Positions 12,479 through 25,224 of a stretch of DNA of 64,000 bases are shown piece after piece; position 1 is the first letter of the stretch; each line of letters starts with the position of its first letter. Both the position numbers and the translations under genes were made by a program. The DNA is taken from positions 52,700,001-52,764,000 of the forward strand of contig NC_043002.1 of NCBI RefSeq assembly GCF_006345805.1. Reading direction: 5' to 3'. The notes under the pieces were generated by a model. It did no database searches. It was given only the letters and a program-made list of their open reading frames with translations, and had not been told where the DNA came from. This stretch comes from Octopus sinensis. Taxonomy: Eukaryota.

Positions 12479-12879
12479 TTCCCTCGCTCTCTCAGAATCA
12501 GCCATGCTATGCCGTAAGAGGGTTGTGCAGGGCTTCTCGTATCTCTTGTTTCCTCAAAACAAATAAATAAAAAGAGGATACGTGAGCTTCTGACATTTCC
12601 TTGGAAAGTGTGTGCCCCGATATATCATTGTGATGTACGGTATGAAGCATTTTAAAGATGAGTGGAATTTGTAAACAATACTTTGACAGTAAAACTAACG
12701 ATAATACTGGGTATGCTTTTAAAATTCATCCGCTAATGGGGCTCCGGTTCGGGAATTCCAAGGAGTATGGAAGCGCCTCTTAGCCACTATTGTTCCCAGG
12801 TCTATATTTACCCAAGGCAGTAGCACTCGTAAGAGTACCAGCTTTTGGTTAATTAGTAAGTCAGTCGAACAGGTGGAGC

Positions 12880-13340
12880 TCGTAAGCCTGGGTGATGGCA
12901 AACTATCTAGGGTTAAGTAATTCCTGATTTCAAACTTCCACTCCTTTACAGCTTTACTCAGTTATGGGAAAGGCCTCGAGAGTAAACCTTGAGAGAAAAT
13001 CTAGTCGAAGCCCCTGGGGCAGTTCGACGTTGCTAACAACCCCGTTCTGGAAACTCCTGCATCGACGCTGGTACCATATTGTAACAGCCGTGCTATTCCT
13101 TTGGATCCATCACTGATGTGGAGGGATGGGGACACGCTGCATGAACAACAGCCTGTCCAGGCTTACATCTAATTAAACGCCCTACACTTGAGAGATAGAA
13201 CCAGATAACTCAAACAGCACCTGGATAGTCTACAAGTGCAGCTCGTGTGGCAGAGACTACCATTCAGGCATTTTCTGCCACAGACAACACAGCGAACAAG
13301 CAGGACCGTCATAGCCATTGATGGCAAGTGGAGGCCTCAA
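12880..13340 (+). mobile_element. RTE-clade LINE derivative (5' UTR-like region joined to 3' end)
   Basis: 5' part (atgggaaaggcctcgagagtaaacc...ggcagttcgacgttgct) resembles RTE 5' UTRs as I recall them; 3' part encodes YKCSSCGRDYHSGIFCH, like the RTE C-terminal CxxCGRxCHSRIG motif. Confidence 0.5.
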
Positions 13341-14219
13341 AAAGCAATGCTGACCATTACGAGTTAACGAGGAAGCTACTTTGTGCCCGCTCGGCCTGCT
13401 AAAAATAGTGAGCGAGTAACCCACAAACGGGATCGAACGGTCGTAAGAATAAAATACGTTAAGCTACATAGTCCTACATATCGCCCTGAAAATACGAATA
13501 GGCTGATCAAGACCGAAATTATCCTGGCATCTCTCGTTCAGTGTTGATCTGGGATTAAGCAACAGTGACTACAAAAAGAATCAAATTCTCTAAACCCCAC
13601 GATGACTTATTAAATGTGCAAACTTTAGCTTAGCGGGGACTTTACCATTCTGCCAATTAGAATGATCATATAAATGTAAAGCACACACACACACCGAAAC
13701 ACACATACACACGCGCACGCACACACACACATAATACACACACACACACACATACATACAAACACATACACAACAAGCTCAGTTATTTTGCTTTACTTTC
13801 CCAGTAGACGCCGATGTTTGTGTTATTATATCTGATCCGGTTACTAATATTCTTTCTTTCATATTTTTATCGCCAGTAATGGCTGCAACAGCTCATATTG
13901 CAGTAACAAATATGACGCTTGCTGTAGTGGTTTTATGTTGCTGTCGTCGCCATTGTTGCTGTTCTTGTTGTTTATTCATGTTACTGTCATTGCGGTATTG
14001 TTAGTTAATGTAACTACTGATATCTGTCTTGTCACTACGTTATTAGCTGACAAAACCTAGTTAGCCTAGATTCAAGAGCCCTGGAAATGGCGTCAAATTT
14101 TTCGTCCTTTTTTTTTTCCAGATGCTGTTTATGCCGAAACATCGATCACCTCATATTTTCCTTAAAATATTGAAGTTATATCATATATTATATACTCCTA
14201 TTTTTATGCTTATTTTACA

Positions 14220-14447
14220 AGATGGCTTAGGACGCTAGCTGGCAGAATCGTTAACACTCTGAGCAAAATTCTTAGCAGCATTTCGTCCGTCTTTACGTTC
14301 TGAATTCAAATTCCACCGACGTCGACTTTGCCTTTCGTCTCTTCGGGGTCGATAAAAACTAAGTACTAGTGGAACACTGGAGTCGATGTAATCGACTAGT
14401 CGCTCCCCAAAATTTCAGGCCTTGTGCCTATAGCAGAAAGGATATTA
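14220..14447 (+). mobile_element. SINE family A
   Basis: Full match to the family consensus. Confidence 0.9.
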
Positions 14448-14949
14448 CTAGGTAGCTTTTTAATGGATTGGCCAGTGTCTCCTTCCTGTCTTTAGGCAGT
14501 ATAATATGGCTCTAAGGAAAATTTAGCGACTATTTCTAGTAGATCAACCAATCGACTATATAGAGACTTTCACGATGGCTCATATGATGATTATGTGGTT
14601 GTTGTTACTGTTTTCGTAATTGTAGTTGCAGTTTCTCTTGTTATGATTGCAGATACATGCGTATTGGATAGTGGCCGGTAGAATGTAGAGGACGTCGAAC
14701 ACAAAAGTGTGTTGCAACATTCACTTACGAACTTTTACATATCAAGGTTGACCCATGTTGTGGTTGACTTCATTCTTCACATTTCCACTACCGATAAAAT
14801 AATTGGAATCGATTGGAAAAGATTGGAATCGAGCTGGGTGAGTTTTCAGAGCATCAGATTAGACTACTTTGTAGTATTTATTTCAGTTCTATGCTGTGAT
14901 AGAAATCCCATGGCGGTCAACTTTACGTTGATTTATATAAAGTACTTAA

Positions 14950-15148
14950 GACGGTGAGCTAGCAGAATCATTGGCATGTCGGACTAAATGCTTAGCGGCT
15001 TTATATTCTGAGTTTAAATTCTGCCGAGATCAACTTTGCTTTTCAACCTTTCGAGGCCGATGAAATAAGTACCAGTTGTGCACTGGGTTCAATGTAATCG
15101 TCAAACCACTGCCTCCCAAATGTTCAGGCCTTGTGCTTACAGTAAAAT
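14950..15148 (+). mobile_element. SINE family A
   Basis: Full match to the family consensus. Confidence 0.85.
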
Positions 15149-16240
15149 GATATCAGTCCAGAACGATGCTTTGATGGATTGTTAGAGTGGTAGACGAGTG
15201 ACTTTGCAGCATCATTTCGATATCTTGATGCTTTAAGTTCAAATTCCACCTCTTAACACTGACCTCGTCATGGTGTCACTATAGTCTTCTCTCTCTTCCT
15301 CTCTCTCTCTCTTCCTCTCTCTCTCTCTCTTCCTCTCTCTCTCTCTCCTCCTCTCTCTCTCTCTCTCTCTCTCCTCTCTCTTCAGGCGTAATCTCGATTT
15401 TCCATTATAATCTTCCTATTTTAAAGACTGTAAGATTGTAAAGAAGATTTTAACTGCCGTTTCTGTAGTGCTGTTGGCGATATCTAGCCCCAAGTTACTT
15501 CTGACCAGTAAATACATGATCAAAAGCATTCCAGCTTTTCCATGTGATCATTTCATTTAACACTGTGCAGCTAACACAGAACTAATATAGAATTATTCGA
15601 TGTGTCTTTTTCTTGAGGCTCTTGTGTGCAATTTGATGAAGGTCGGACTGTTTTTTTTTTCTTTTTCCAGCAAGTGACAGGAACATGTAGAGTCTTCTTC
15701 GTTGGCTCCATTTCTATTAACTCCAGCACTCAAGTAGAGATTACTTCATCGGCTCGTAACCGATCGCCATTGTTATCGTTGCTGCTATTTTCGATATAAC
15801 ACGACTATATGCCTAATATTGTTTGTACTTGGTCTTGTTACTTCAGTCTTACTTACACATCCTCTCCCCACTATATCTACTCTCGATTCTACTATTACTG
15901 TTGCTCTTGTTCCTGTTCATTTGTCGAAACTGCTTCATCTTCTGTCATTTTAACCTTATTTATTGTATTTCTGGAGCAATTTTTTCAGGCATAGTCTTTT
16001 TCTTTTTTTGATTTTTGGTCGATCGTATACTTGTTTCTGTCAGGTGTTGATCTTATCTTATGGAGTAACTGAAAGGGTAGAGTACCCGACTAAATAAATT
16101 CAGTTATTCAGTTCCAACTTTCTACGTTGCAAAGCATGACAGGTTTTTTTTCTAAGGTTCGGCAGGAGAGGGATGGCCGCATCCAAAACATTTTGTTTTT
16201 GCTGTTTGGGAGCTTTTATTTTATATTCATTTATTTGCAG

Positions 16241-16404
16241 GACCTCCGAGATTTGTGTGAAGGAAGGGAAGTGGGAAAAGGAAACTAAAACGGAAACTAA
16301 AACACACAAATTGCTACCGTATGAAGCAATTCATCAAACTGAGAAACCTATCCTTAAACCGAGACACATGGTCACAATACAAGCAACAGACGAAACTGTT
16401 AAAG
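16241..16404 (+). other. Candidate internal exon of an unidentified spliced transcript
   Basis: Pyrimidine-rich acceptor ttttattttatattcatttatttgcag and donor AAG|gtaacc; one open frame TSEICVKEGKWEKETKTETKTHKLLPYEAIHQTEKPILKPRHMVTIQATDETVK; no recognisable domain. Confidence 0.3.
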
Positions 16405-18046
16405 GTAACCAGTTATGATTAGCAACAGTTATGTGGTGACGTCAACACAATTGATTATGCTCCTGCTCTTGCAGCTGTTCCACAAATTAGTGGCTTTATG
16501 CCAATGTAAGTAACCGTTATATAAGTGGATATCAGCAACTTATTTAATACATAGAACATTAAAATGCTAGAGTAGAATAAAATATGTGGTGAACAAGACA
16601 AACAAAAAGACATGAATATTAATGGAGAGATAATATTAGTGATTCACTCGTGTTTTTATATTTTCTCACTACGTATTTTATTGTATTCTGGCTTTTTGAT
16701 GTTTATTGCATTAAATGAGCTGCTGGCAACCACTTATCTACTGTTTATTGTACAGATGATATCTTATCTTAGCTCAGAATTATTTAATTTCTGAACAGTC
16801 AGCAATAGGCTAGCAGAATCGGTAGCGTGTCAAACCTTGTGATATATGATCACGTCCTTTTATGCTCTCGGTTCATAATCTTTCCCGGTTTAACTTTGCC
16901 TTTCATCTCTCCCAAGTCAGTGAAATTAGTACAAAATAAAAACTGTTGTGATGACGAAATTATCGATTAAAACTCTTGGAGGTGATGCCACAAGATGGTT
17001 GTAGTCCAGTGACTCAAACCAGTAAAAAATAATTCTATTTTTTTGACGTTCATAAACAAACGTCTCTGTATATTTACATAACGATGCTTTCGCTTCCACT
17101 TTAGTAAGTTACTAAGACGCTATATTTCTACAGATGACGCTAGGATAAACCTTCAATATGTCCTTAGCTGTCTCAAGTATTTGGTGGATAAATGAAAACA
17201 AAATATCAGCCATTTGTTCTATTGTTCTCACTACATATTTTATTTTTTTGTCATTCATATATTGACAATTATTTACTATTCACCACGCATCTCAGAGTAT
17301 ATTTATGGAATTATTGTCATCATCATCATTGAATTGTCATGACAATTCACTTTTCATCATTTAACTGGTTGATAAAATAAAGTATGGAAGCAGAGAAGCA
17401 CTGGGTTCGATATAATCGACTGTTTCCTCCTCTCAAATTGCTGTCCTTGTATCGAAATTAGAAACGGTTATTATTGGGATATTAAGACGACGAATAAAAT
17501 ACATTGTGATACTCGGAGTAACATATTTTCGCATTAGGAGTTCAAGTCCCACTAGGGTCGATAAATTAAATATTAGTCCAGATCTTGAGGTTGATTTAAT
17601 CGACTTAAACCTTCTTCTTTAAAATCTGCAGCACTGTATTCTTAGGGACACGGTCAACATTGTGTAAATGAATCTATTGTTCCTACCAACGTTATTCATT
17701 GGCAGCAGTTGAAATTTATTCGATGATGATGATGATGGTGGTGGTGGTGGTGATGGTGGTGGTGGTGGTGGTGGTGGTGGTGGTGGTGGTGGTGGTGGTG
17801 GTGGTGGTGGTGGTGGAGCTGCTGCTGCTGGTAGTGGTGGTGGTGGTTGACCTGATTATGACCGTAGAAGTAATGATAGTAGCTATGATTGTCAATGATG
17901 ATGGTGGTGTCGATGGTGTTGATAGAGCCCTTTGTTATTTTCAGTGAAACAAGCTAAACTTGTAATATAACTTTTATTGCATCTGTTGCTATGGTTGCTA
18001 TTGAGATGCAGTTGGTTTTACTGTCGTCGTTGTTATTGTAGTCGTT

Positions 18047-18210
18047 AAGACGGCTAGCTTTCAGGATCGTTAAAATCGGAAAGCCTGCTTTGCGGCATTT
18101 ATTCTAGCTCTTTACGTTCCGAGGTTCAAATCCCATCGTGGTCGATAAGATAAAGTATCAGTCAAATACTGGCGTCGATGATGTCAACTAACACTCTACT
18201 TTCGATACTA
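18047..18210 (+). mobile_element. SINE family A interrupted in its tail by the pogo transposon (tail resumes at about 20392-20425)
   Basis: The body ends ...actttcgatacTA; beyond the transposon TGttgacttgatgcctaatttataaactatt resembles the SINE tail gctggccttgtgccaaaatttgaaactatt. Confidence 0.6.
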
Positions 18211-18623
18211 CCGTATTAGCCGCCATTTTTTTTACCAGAGAAATTTAGTCTGCGGCTTATAGAAAGGTGCGCCTAATGTGTGTATTTTTTATGTTTCAGG
18301 AGGAAAATAATTTGTGTATGGCGATCGATTCATTCCACTGATTTTTTCAGAGGAAAGGTCAGTCGGTGAACAACATGAAAGACTACGGCTACATTGGTGC
18401 CTGGAATAAAACAAAGCATATTTGTTTTGTTTTATCTTCATGTTTTGATAATGTTATTTTTAATCTAAGAAAGACTTCAATCTTGACGGAATGTGTTTGT
18501 TGTTTATAGTAAGATAAAATCATAACAATAACAATACATCTCATAGTTGCAAAATAAGCACCAAAGAATTATAAAGTAATCATAATGTTCTTTGAAAGCA
18601 CTAGAAACATAGTTTATTCACAT

Positions 18624-20223
18624 TTATTCGTTGTCCGAATCGCTACTGAAACCCTCAAAATCCTCATCTTCTGTGTCTGAGTGGAACAGTTTTGCTAGGT
18701 CTAGTGTAAAACGGGAGTCGAAGTTGACAAACGGGTCGTCGTCTTCACTGTCGAAATCAAAGTCGGAGTCATCTGAAGGCAGTATCTCAGCTTTTTCGAA
18801 ACTGTTGACGACACACTTCTTTGGTCCGGACTTTGTTGCTGTAGTCACCCAAGATGCAACTTTTGGAAGCGATGCACGGCGGAGTCTTCCAGCTGCTGTG
18901 AATGATTTTCCCCCGATATCATCCAGGTCTCCCACTGCATTCTCGTGTGCATCTTGAATGTACGGTTAACGCTGATGTCTAACCGCTGAAGTAACTTGGT
19001 CATTCCGCCTAGTATAATGGTTGGTGTAGTGAGGGCCGTGGCTTAGTGGTTAGGGCATTCGGCTCATGATCGTAAGGTTGTGAGTTCGATTCCCGGCGAC
19101 GCGTTGTGTCCTTGAGCAAGACACTTTATTTCACGTTGCTCCAGTCCACTCAGCTGGCAAAAATGAGTTGTACTTGTATTTCAAAGGGTCAGCCTTGTCA
19201 CTCTCTGTGTCACGCTGATTATCCCCGAGAACTACGTTAAGGGTACACGTGTCTGTGGAATGCTCAGCCATTTGCACGTTAATTTCACGAGCAAGCTGTT
19301 CCGTTGATCGTATCAGCTGGGACCCTCGTCGTCGTAACCGGCGGAGTCTTTCAATGGTTGGTGTGGTATTTATACGGTCTAGGGCGTCCTTCACGTCATC
19401 TGTAATATGGGCACGCATGCTTTCCATAAATAGAATTCCTCTGTGGCGGTGAAAGAACCCATCCAGGCGCTTGACGAAGCACTTTGTTATCCATGCTTTC
19501 ATCATGTCGTTGTCCATCCAGCCCTATTCGTTTTCTTTGACGATGACACCCTTTGGAAATTTGTCTTTCGGCATGGTGCTAGAAGAATACTGGAGGTGGT
19601 GCATGAGAGTACGCAGGTGAAACTGGATTTCTCGTGGCCTGTCATTTTAATGTTTATGGTCTGGGTACCAACTTCCTCTACAGTCTTGTCCATCGGCATG
19701 TCAAAGGTGAGTGAGACCTCGTCCGTGTTGATAACTTGATCAGTACTAACTGTGTGGCCGGTTTTTTGGTCTTACAGTACTGTCTGAAGAGTTGAAGTTT
19801 TTCTGCAAAGTCTGCGAGCAGAGTCTGGTTCAACGTTGTTCTGTCTCTCAGTGACAGTGACTTTCTTCGCATGAACTGGAGACACCATGATGGTCCACCT
19901 TGGAAGTCGGTCAGCCCAAGGTCTTTGGTTAAGGATACTGCTTTCAATATTATCTGTACTGCGCTTACACCTCGGTGTGAGACTCTCTGCTTAAGTTCCT
20001 AACTCTCAGCCTGGTCTTCTAGGAATGGCCATCTAGCTTTCTTGCCCTGATTTGCTCTTTTGGACTTTTTGGTCAGTTGTAGTGAATCTTCTTGTTTGCG
20101 CCATGAACGGACCATGGGTTCAGTTATGCTGTACTGTCTTGCTGTGGCTCTGTTACAATTTTCTTTTGCGTAGTTGATACATTCTAACTTTAAGGCAGCT
20201 GTGTAACTCTTTCTCAGAGGCAT
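18624..20223 (-). pseudogene. pogo-type transposase pseudogene (Brinker-like DNA-binding domain, CENP-B-type HTH, DDE_1)
   Basis: MPLRKSYTAALKLECINYAKENCNRATARQY..; FQGGPSWCLQFMRRKSLSLR; NTDEVSLTFDMP; GWMDNDMM; LFMESMRAH; IILGGMTKLLQRLDISVNRTFK; acidic C-terminal tail. Broken by frameshifts, stops and a SINE. Confidence 0.92.
19031..19352 (+). mobile_element. tRNA-derived SINE family C inserted in the transposase, with 15-bp TSD
   Basis: Head gagggccgtggcttagtggttaggg...gagttcgattccc; TSD aatggttggtgtagt (19016-19030) / aatggttggtgtggt (19353-19367). Confidence 0.93.
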
Positions 20224-20439
20224 TTTGAAACTACATACACGTCAACAACAAAAAAATGTAGCTACGGACCCGTAGCTCTATAGGTCCTTTAAACACCTGT
20301 GCGCTCTATGTGTGGATAAAACCAAAACATTTCCCAAAAATTCGGCCCTGCACCTTAAATACCAATGCGTTTTATAGACCGAAAAACACGGTGTTGACTT
20401 GATGCCTAATTTATAAACTATTATTAGTGTTTTTGTCAA

Positions 20440-20650
20440 AGACGGCGAGCTGGCAGAATTGTTAGCACGCTGGGCAAAATGCTTAGCGGCATTGCATTAG
20501 CCTTTATGTTCTGAGTTCTAATTCCACTGGGATTGGCTTTGCCTTTCATCTCTTCGGGGTCGATAAAATAAGTACCAGTTGAATTCTGGGGTCGACTTGA
20601 ACCATTCCCCCAAAAGTTACTGGCCTTGTGCCAAAATTTGAAACTATTGT
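20440..20650 (+). mobile_element. SINE family A
   Basis: Match to the family consensus. Confidence 0.9.
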
Positions 20651-21084
20651 TATTGTTGCTGCTCCTGCTTAGTTGCTGTTATTGTCACTATCTTCATGAC
20701 TGCTGTTGTCGTTTTGAAGTTCTAGGTCAACCGTGGTCTAGCAATTCCTTGCTACGTTAGTAGTGAACGCATAGATCTCGCTTCCAGTTATACCACTTCT
20801 CCGCTCAACTGATGTGATCCAAACAGAGTGTTTGGAGCCTGAAATGGTACTGATGTTGTAACTATTTCCGAATGTAATCTGAGTTGTTGTTTTTTTTGTT
20901 TTGTTTTTTCTATGATTGGCTACAATGTTGATGTAGTGGTTCGGGCATTGTATGTGTCTGGATATTTTGGAAGTGATTTTTCATGTAGTGGCAGAGATTC
21001 TAGTGATTGGAATTTACTGTAGCAACAAACTGTGCCTCTCGCATGTCATACCTTTCATTTTTTTAATATTTATATTTTTCAGTA

Positions 21085-21512
21085 AAGGTGGCGAGCTAGC
21101 AGAGTCGTTAGCATACCTGGCAAAATGCTTAGTGGCATTTCTGGGTTCAAACTCAGCCGAGGTCGACTTAGCTTTCATCCTCTCGGGGGTCGATAAAATA
21201 AGTACCAGTTGAGCACTGAGATCGATGTAAACCGACTTATACCCTTCCTCGAAATTGCTGGCCTTGTGCCAAAGTTTGAAATTTATAATATCATGTCTTA
21301 AGGCACTGAGCTGACAGAATCTTTACGGTACCGAACATAGGGATGTCTCTTCCGGTTCAATATGTCTTGAGTACACATGCTACAGCGGTTGACTTTGTTT
21401 TTCATCCTTTCAAAATTGATAAAATAAGCACCAGTTGTGCACTGGGTAGATGTAATCGCCTTCCCCCTCCCTTTAAAATTGCTTGCCTTGTACAAAAATT
21501 AGAAAGATTATA
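21085..21512 (+). mobile_element. Two adjacent SINE family A copies (about 21085-21285 and 21300-21512)
   Basis: Match to the family consensus. Confidence 0.85.
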
Positions 21513-22919
21513 CCATGCCTTAATCAGGTTGTGGACTTCACTGCGCACTTTGAAATACAACGATAAATTTTAGGGGATGTAAGTGTAAAAATCTGGACAT
21601 GTTGCATTCTCTCAATTTTCCAGTCTAGCGAGGGGAACTCAGTCAGAACGTGATAATTTCTTTTCTTCTGTACTTATTTTTACTGGGGCACATTCCGTCA
21701 CAGTGTTTCGGACTAGTGAGATTGTTGATGGTATAGTTATTTCTTATACGCTTGCTCCTTATTTTTATCACTGTTAAATGAGAGAGGTGGCATTTAGGAG
21801 TGTTATCCTATTTTTTCTAAGTTGCGGCATTTGGAGGTGTGTTTGGGTTTGCTTGTTTTTTGTTTTTTTTCCCCAATGCGGAGTTGAAGTTTGCTGCCCT
21901 TCGCATATCTAGATGGTTTTTCATTTTTAGTACTTGTGATATTTGGCTATTGACTATGTAGAAGCTGTAAAGGTTTTGTATATTTTGCATTTAGTGTATA
22001 GATGACAATCCAATTGTACACCGTTGTTGTTGTCGTTGTTGCTGCTGCTGCTCTTGTTGTTGTTGTTTCTTCTACTGTGCACCAGAGGTACCTCTGAATG
22101 CTACAGCTTCAGTTGCCACTTCAGTTATAGCTTCAACTCCAGATACAACGAACTGCAACTGTGCAGCGACTTGCACCGTTGCAACTGTTATAGTAGCTAT
22201 TGTTATTGTTCAGATATTAGCATCACTTGTCGTTGTCGTTGTTACTATAGCGACAATACAATTCCTACCGTCTCCTCAGGATGGCATAATCGTTATTGGT
22301 GGTTGGCTATTGTTAGTTTTAATATATCACCATCAACTGTTCTTGTTTGCTTTTATTATTTCTTTACTCCCCTTTTTCTCTCTTTCTTTTCCTTTTTTTC
22401 ACAGTTGTTTACCTCCAAGTCATCTCCTCCTACGAAGCCGACCTATAATCTAAGACATATCGATTGTAACCATTTATTCTCTTTATTCAGACAATGCATC
22501 TATGATTACATTATTCAGTGCCAGCCTCCTTTATTTAAGACAGCGAAGTGTAAAATTAAAGCAGGTTTCGTCGTTATTTTTAGCCGCTCAGTCAACCACA
22601 TAGAGGTCCCTTCATTCATTTAATTTTATTCTTTAGCATTTAGACCACCCCTAATCAATCAGTGAAGCTTGTCAACCAAGCACATGTCAGGATTTCAGCC
22701 TTGCCCTTCCTTTCTTTAGGTGGTAGTGTGTTATATGAATGAGATCTAATAACTATTTTTAGCAAATCAAAGGACCAATTAGTAGTCCCGCTTTTTGGTT
22801 GGTTTATGGATTGTTGTTGTTATTGTGATGGTGGTGGTAGTATATGATACTGTAGCTACTGGTACAACTGTTGTTGCTAAATGTTTTCCTTTATCACAGG
22901 TATTTTTAGTGTTTATATA

Positions 22920-23285
22920 TTGGTTTCAAATTTTGGGATAAGGCCAGCAGTTTCGGGGGAGAGGGTATGTCGATTACATTGACCCCCTCCCCAGTGATAA
23001 ACTGGTACTTATTTTATCGACGCCGAAGGGACTGAAAGCAAAGTTGACTTCAACGGAATTTGAACCCAAAACGTAAAGATGGACGAAATGCTGTTAGTCA
23101 TTTTGCCTGGCGTGCTAACGAATCTGCCAGCTCGCCGCCTTATTTTAATGCTTTTATGTTAAAGCGGCAAACTAGTAGAAACGTTAGATTGTCGGAAGGA
23201 ATACACTCCGTTATTTACGTCCTGAGTTCAAAACCCGGTGAAATCAGTCTTATCTTTTTGTTCGTCCAGGGTCGATGAAACAAAA
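22920..23285. mobile_element. Head-to-head inverted SINE A pair (minus copy about 22920-23140; plus copy about 23160-23285)
   Basis: ...gaatctgccagctcgccgcc followed after about 25 nt by gcggcaaactagtagaaacgttag... Confidence 0.8.
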
Positions 23286-24165
23286 TATATTCAGTGGTGG
23301 AGAATTAACTGATTTGTCAGGGATATTAGCAAAATGTTTTGCTGTATTTGTCCCGATTTTTTACAAAGACTTCTGACAGAAGTTTGGTAACACTTGGTCT
23401 TACGTGACTCAAGGCCCGAAAGTTTCGTGCATTGCACATACGAAACAAAGTTTAGGAAGTCCAGCGCACGAACTCTCCGTCCTTAAGTCACGCAGCTTCT
23501 TCATATATGGGACCCCAGTGCATGTCACCTTCGTTTTATTGTTGATGCTGCTGTTTCTAATCAGCTGTCACAGTTCTTTAGCCCAAGGTCAGTCTTGATT
23601 AAAGAGATCTATGACCAAAAGCCTTCAAGTTACGACTATCCCACCTTTATTCTTTATTCTTTTCTTTTTCCTGTAAAGTATCATGCAAACTAAAATAGCC
23701 GTGTCCTTCCAATTTTTAAGACGGCATGGATATGAATTGAGGGAGATACAGCTGCTATTTTTAGCACATCGATCGAGCACATAGAGATACCCTCCTTCGT
23801 TGACTCGTGTGCTTATGTGTTTAAAATCAATATGCAGTATAAGTGGATATGTGTGTAAATGGATGTATCGTTGTATATGCATACGTATATTCATACATGC
23901 ATACGTGTGTATTTTTGCATGTAGTGCGCGTGGGTAAATGTATACGGATGTACACGTATGTGTGTAAATGTTCATACGTCTACGTGTGTGTATGTGTGGG
24001 TAGGCGTTCGTATGTATGTGTGTGTGGGTAAGAGTATATATATTACCCTACATATATCTGTAATCAACATTCCTCTATGTCATCATAGAAATAAAATTGA
24101 AAAGTCTTGTAACATTTTGTTTATGTTACGCTTGTGCGAAATAAAGAAAGCACATTTAAAGCAAC

Positions 24166-24231
<66 letters not shown>

Positions 24232-24292
24232 CAGCAGCAGCACCAGCAGCACCAGCAACTTCTGCATCATCATCATCATCATCATCATCATT

Positions 24293-24505
24293 AAGGCTGC
24301 GAGCTAGCAAGATCGTTACGGCACAGACAAAATGCTTAGCAGTATTTCCTCCGGTTCTTTACGTTCTGAGTTCAAACTCCGCAGAGGTCGACTTTGCCTT
24401 TCGGGGTCGATAAAAAAGTAACAGTTATCCACTGGGGTCGATGTAATCACCTAACCCCACCCTTCAAAATTTCAGGACCCTTTGTGTCAACAGTAGAAAG
24501 GATTA
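24293..24505 (+). mobile_element. SINE family A flanked by (TAG)/(CAT) trinucleotide tracts
   Basis: Match to the family consensus. Confidence 0.85.
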
Positions 24506-24939
24506 TCATCATCTTTACCATCCTCCTCCTCCTCATCATCATCATCAACATTATCCTCATCATCATCGTCATCGTATTCATCATCATCATCCTCATTATC
24601 ATCATCATCATCATTATCATCAACGTCATCATCTATCTTCATCATTGTCCTCATCATTATCATCACGACCATCGTCTTCTCCGTTATCACCACTGACACC
24701 AACACCATACACATCGTCGTCGTCGTTGTCGTTGTCATCACACCACCACCATTACTATCATCATCGTCATCATCATCATCACCTACTGTAATAGCAACCG
24801 TTATTGTTTTGTGCTCACTTGGACTACAACTCAAGTTATTCCACTCCAGATGTGGCTACTTTTGTTACTGTGGGAACAGAAACAGTAAGGAATTGTATGA
24901 CCATACAGTGTGCTGCTATTGTTCTAAGGAACGGTGACC

Positions 24940-24990
<51 letters not shown>

Positions 24991-25032
24991 GGTGGTGGTG
25001 GTGGTGGTGGTGTGGTGGTGGTGGTGGTGGTG

Positions 25033-25096
<64 letters not shown>

Positions 25097-25224
25097 AAAC
25101 AAGAGCAGTAGAGCAAGTATAACAAGTTCAGGTAACTATTTCTCCCATAGTTTCATATATATATATATATATATTAATAGACAGCTAAACAGACAGGCAG
25201 GCAGACAGACAAACAGACACATCA

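Larger units (their letters stand above)
18211..20391 (-). mobile_element. pogo-superfamily DNA transposon (Tc2/Passer-like, POGK-related), decayed
   Basis: Termini TA|CCGTA...CACGG|TG; the right end reads CCGTGTTTTTCGGTCTATAAAACGCA on the minus strand; the left TIR is partly deleted; encloses a transposase pseudogene. Confidence 0.88.
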
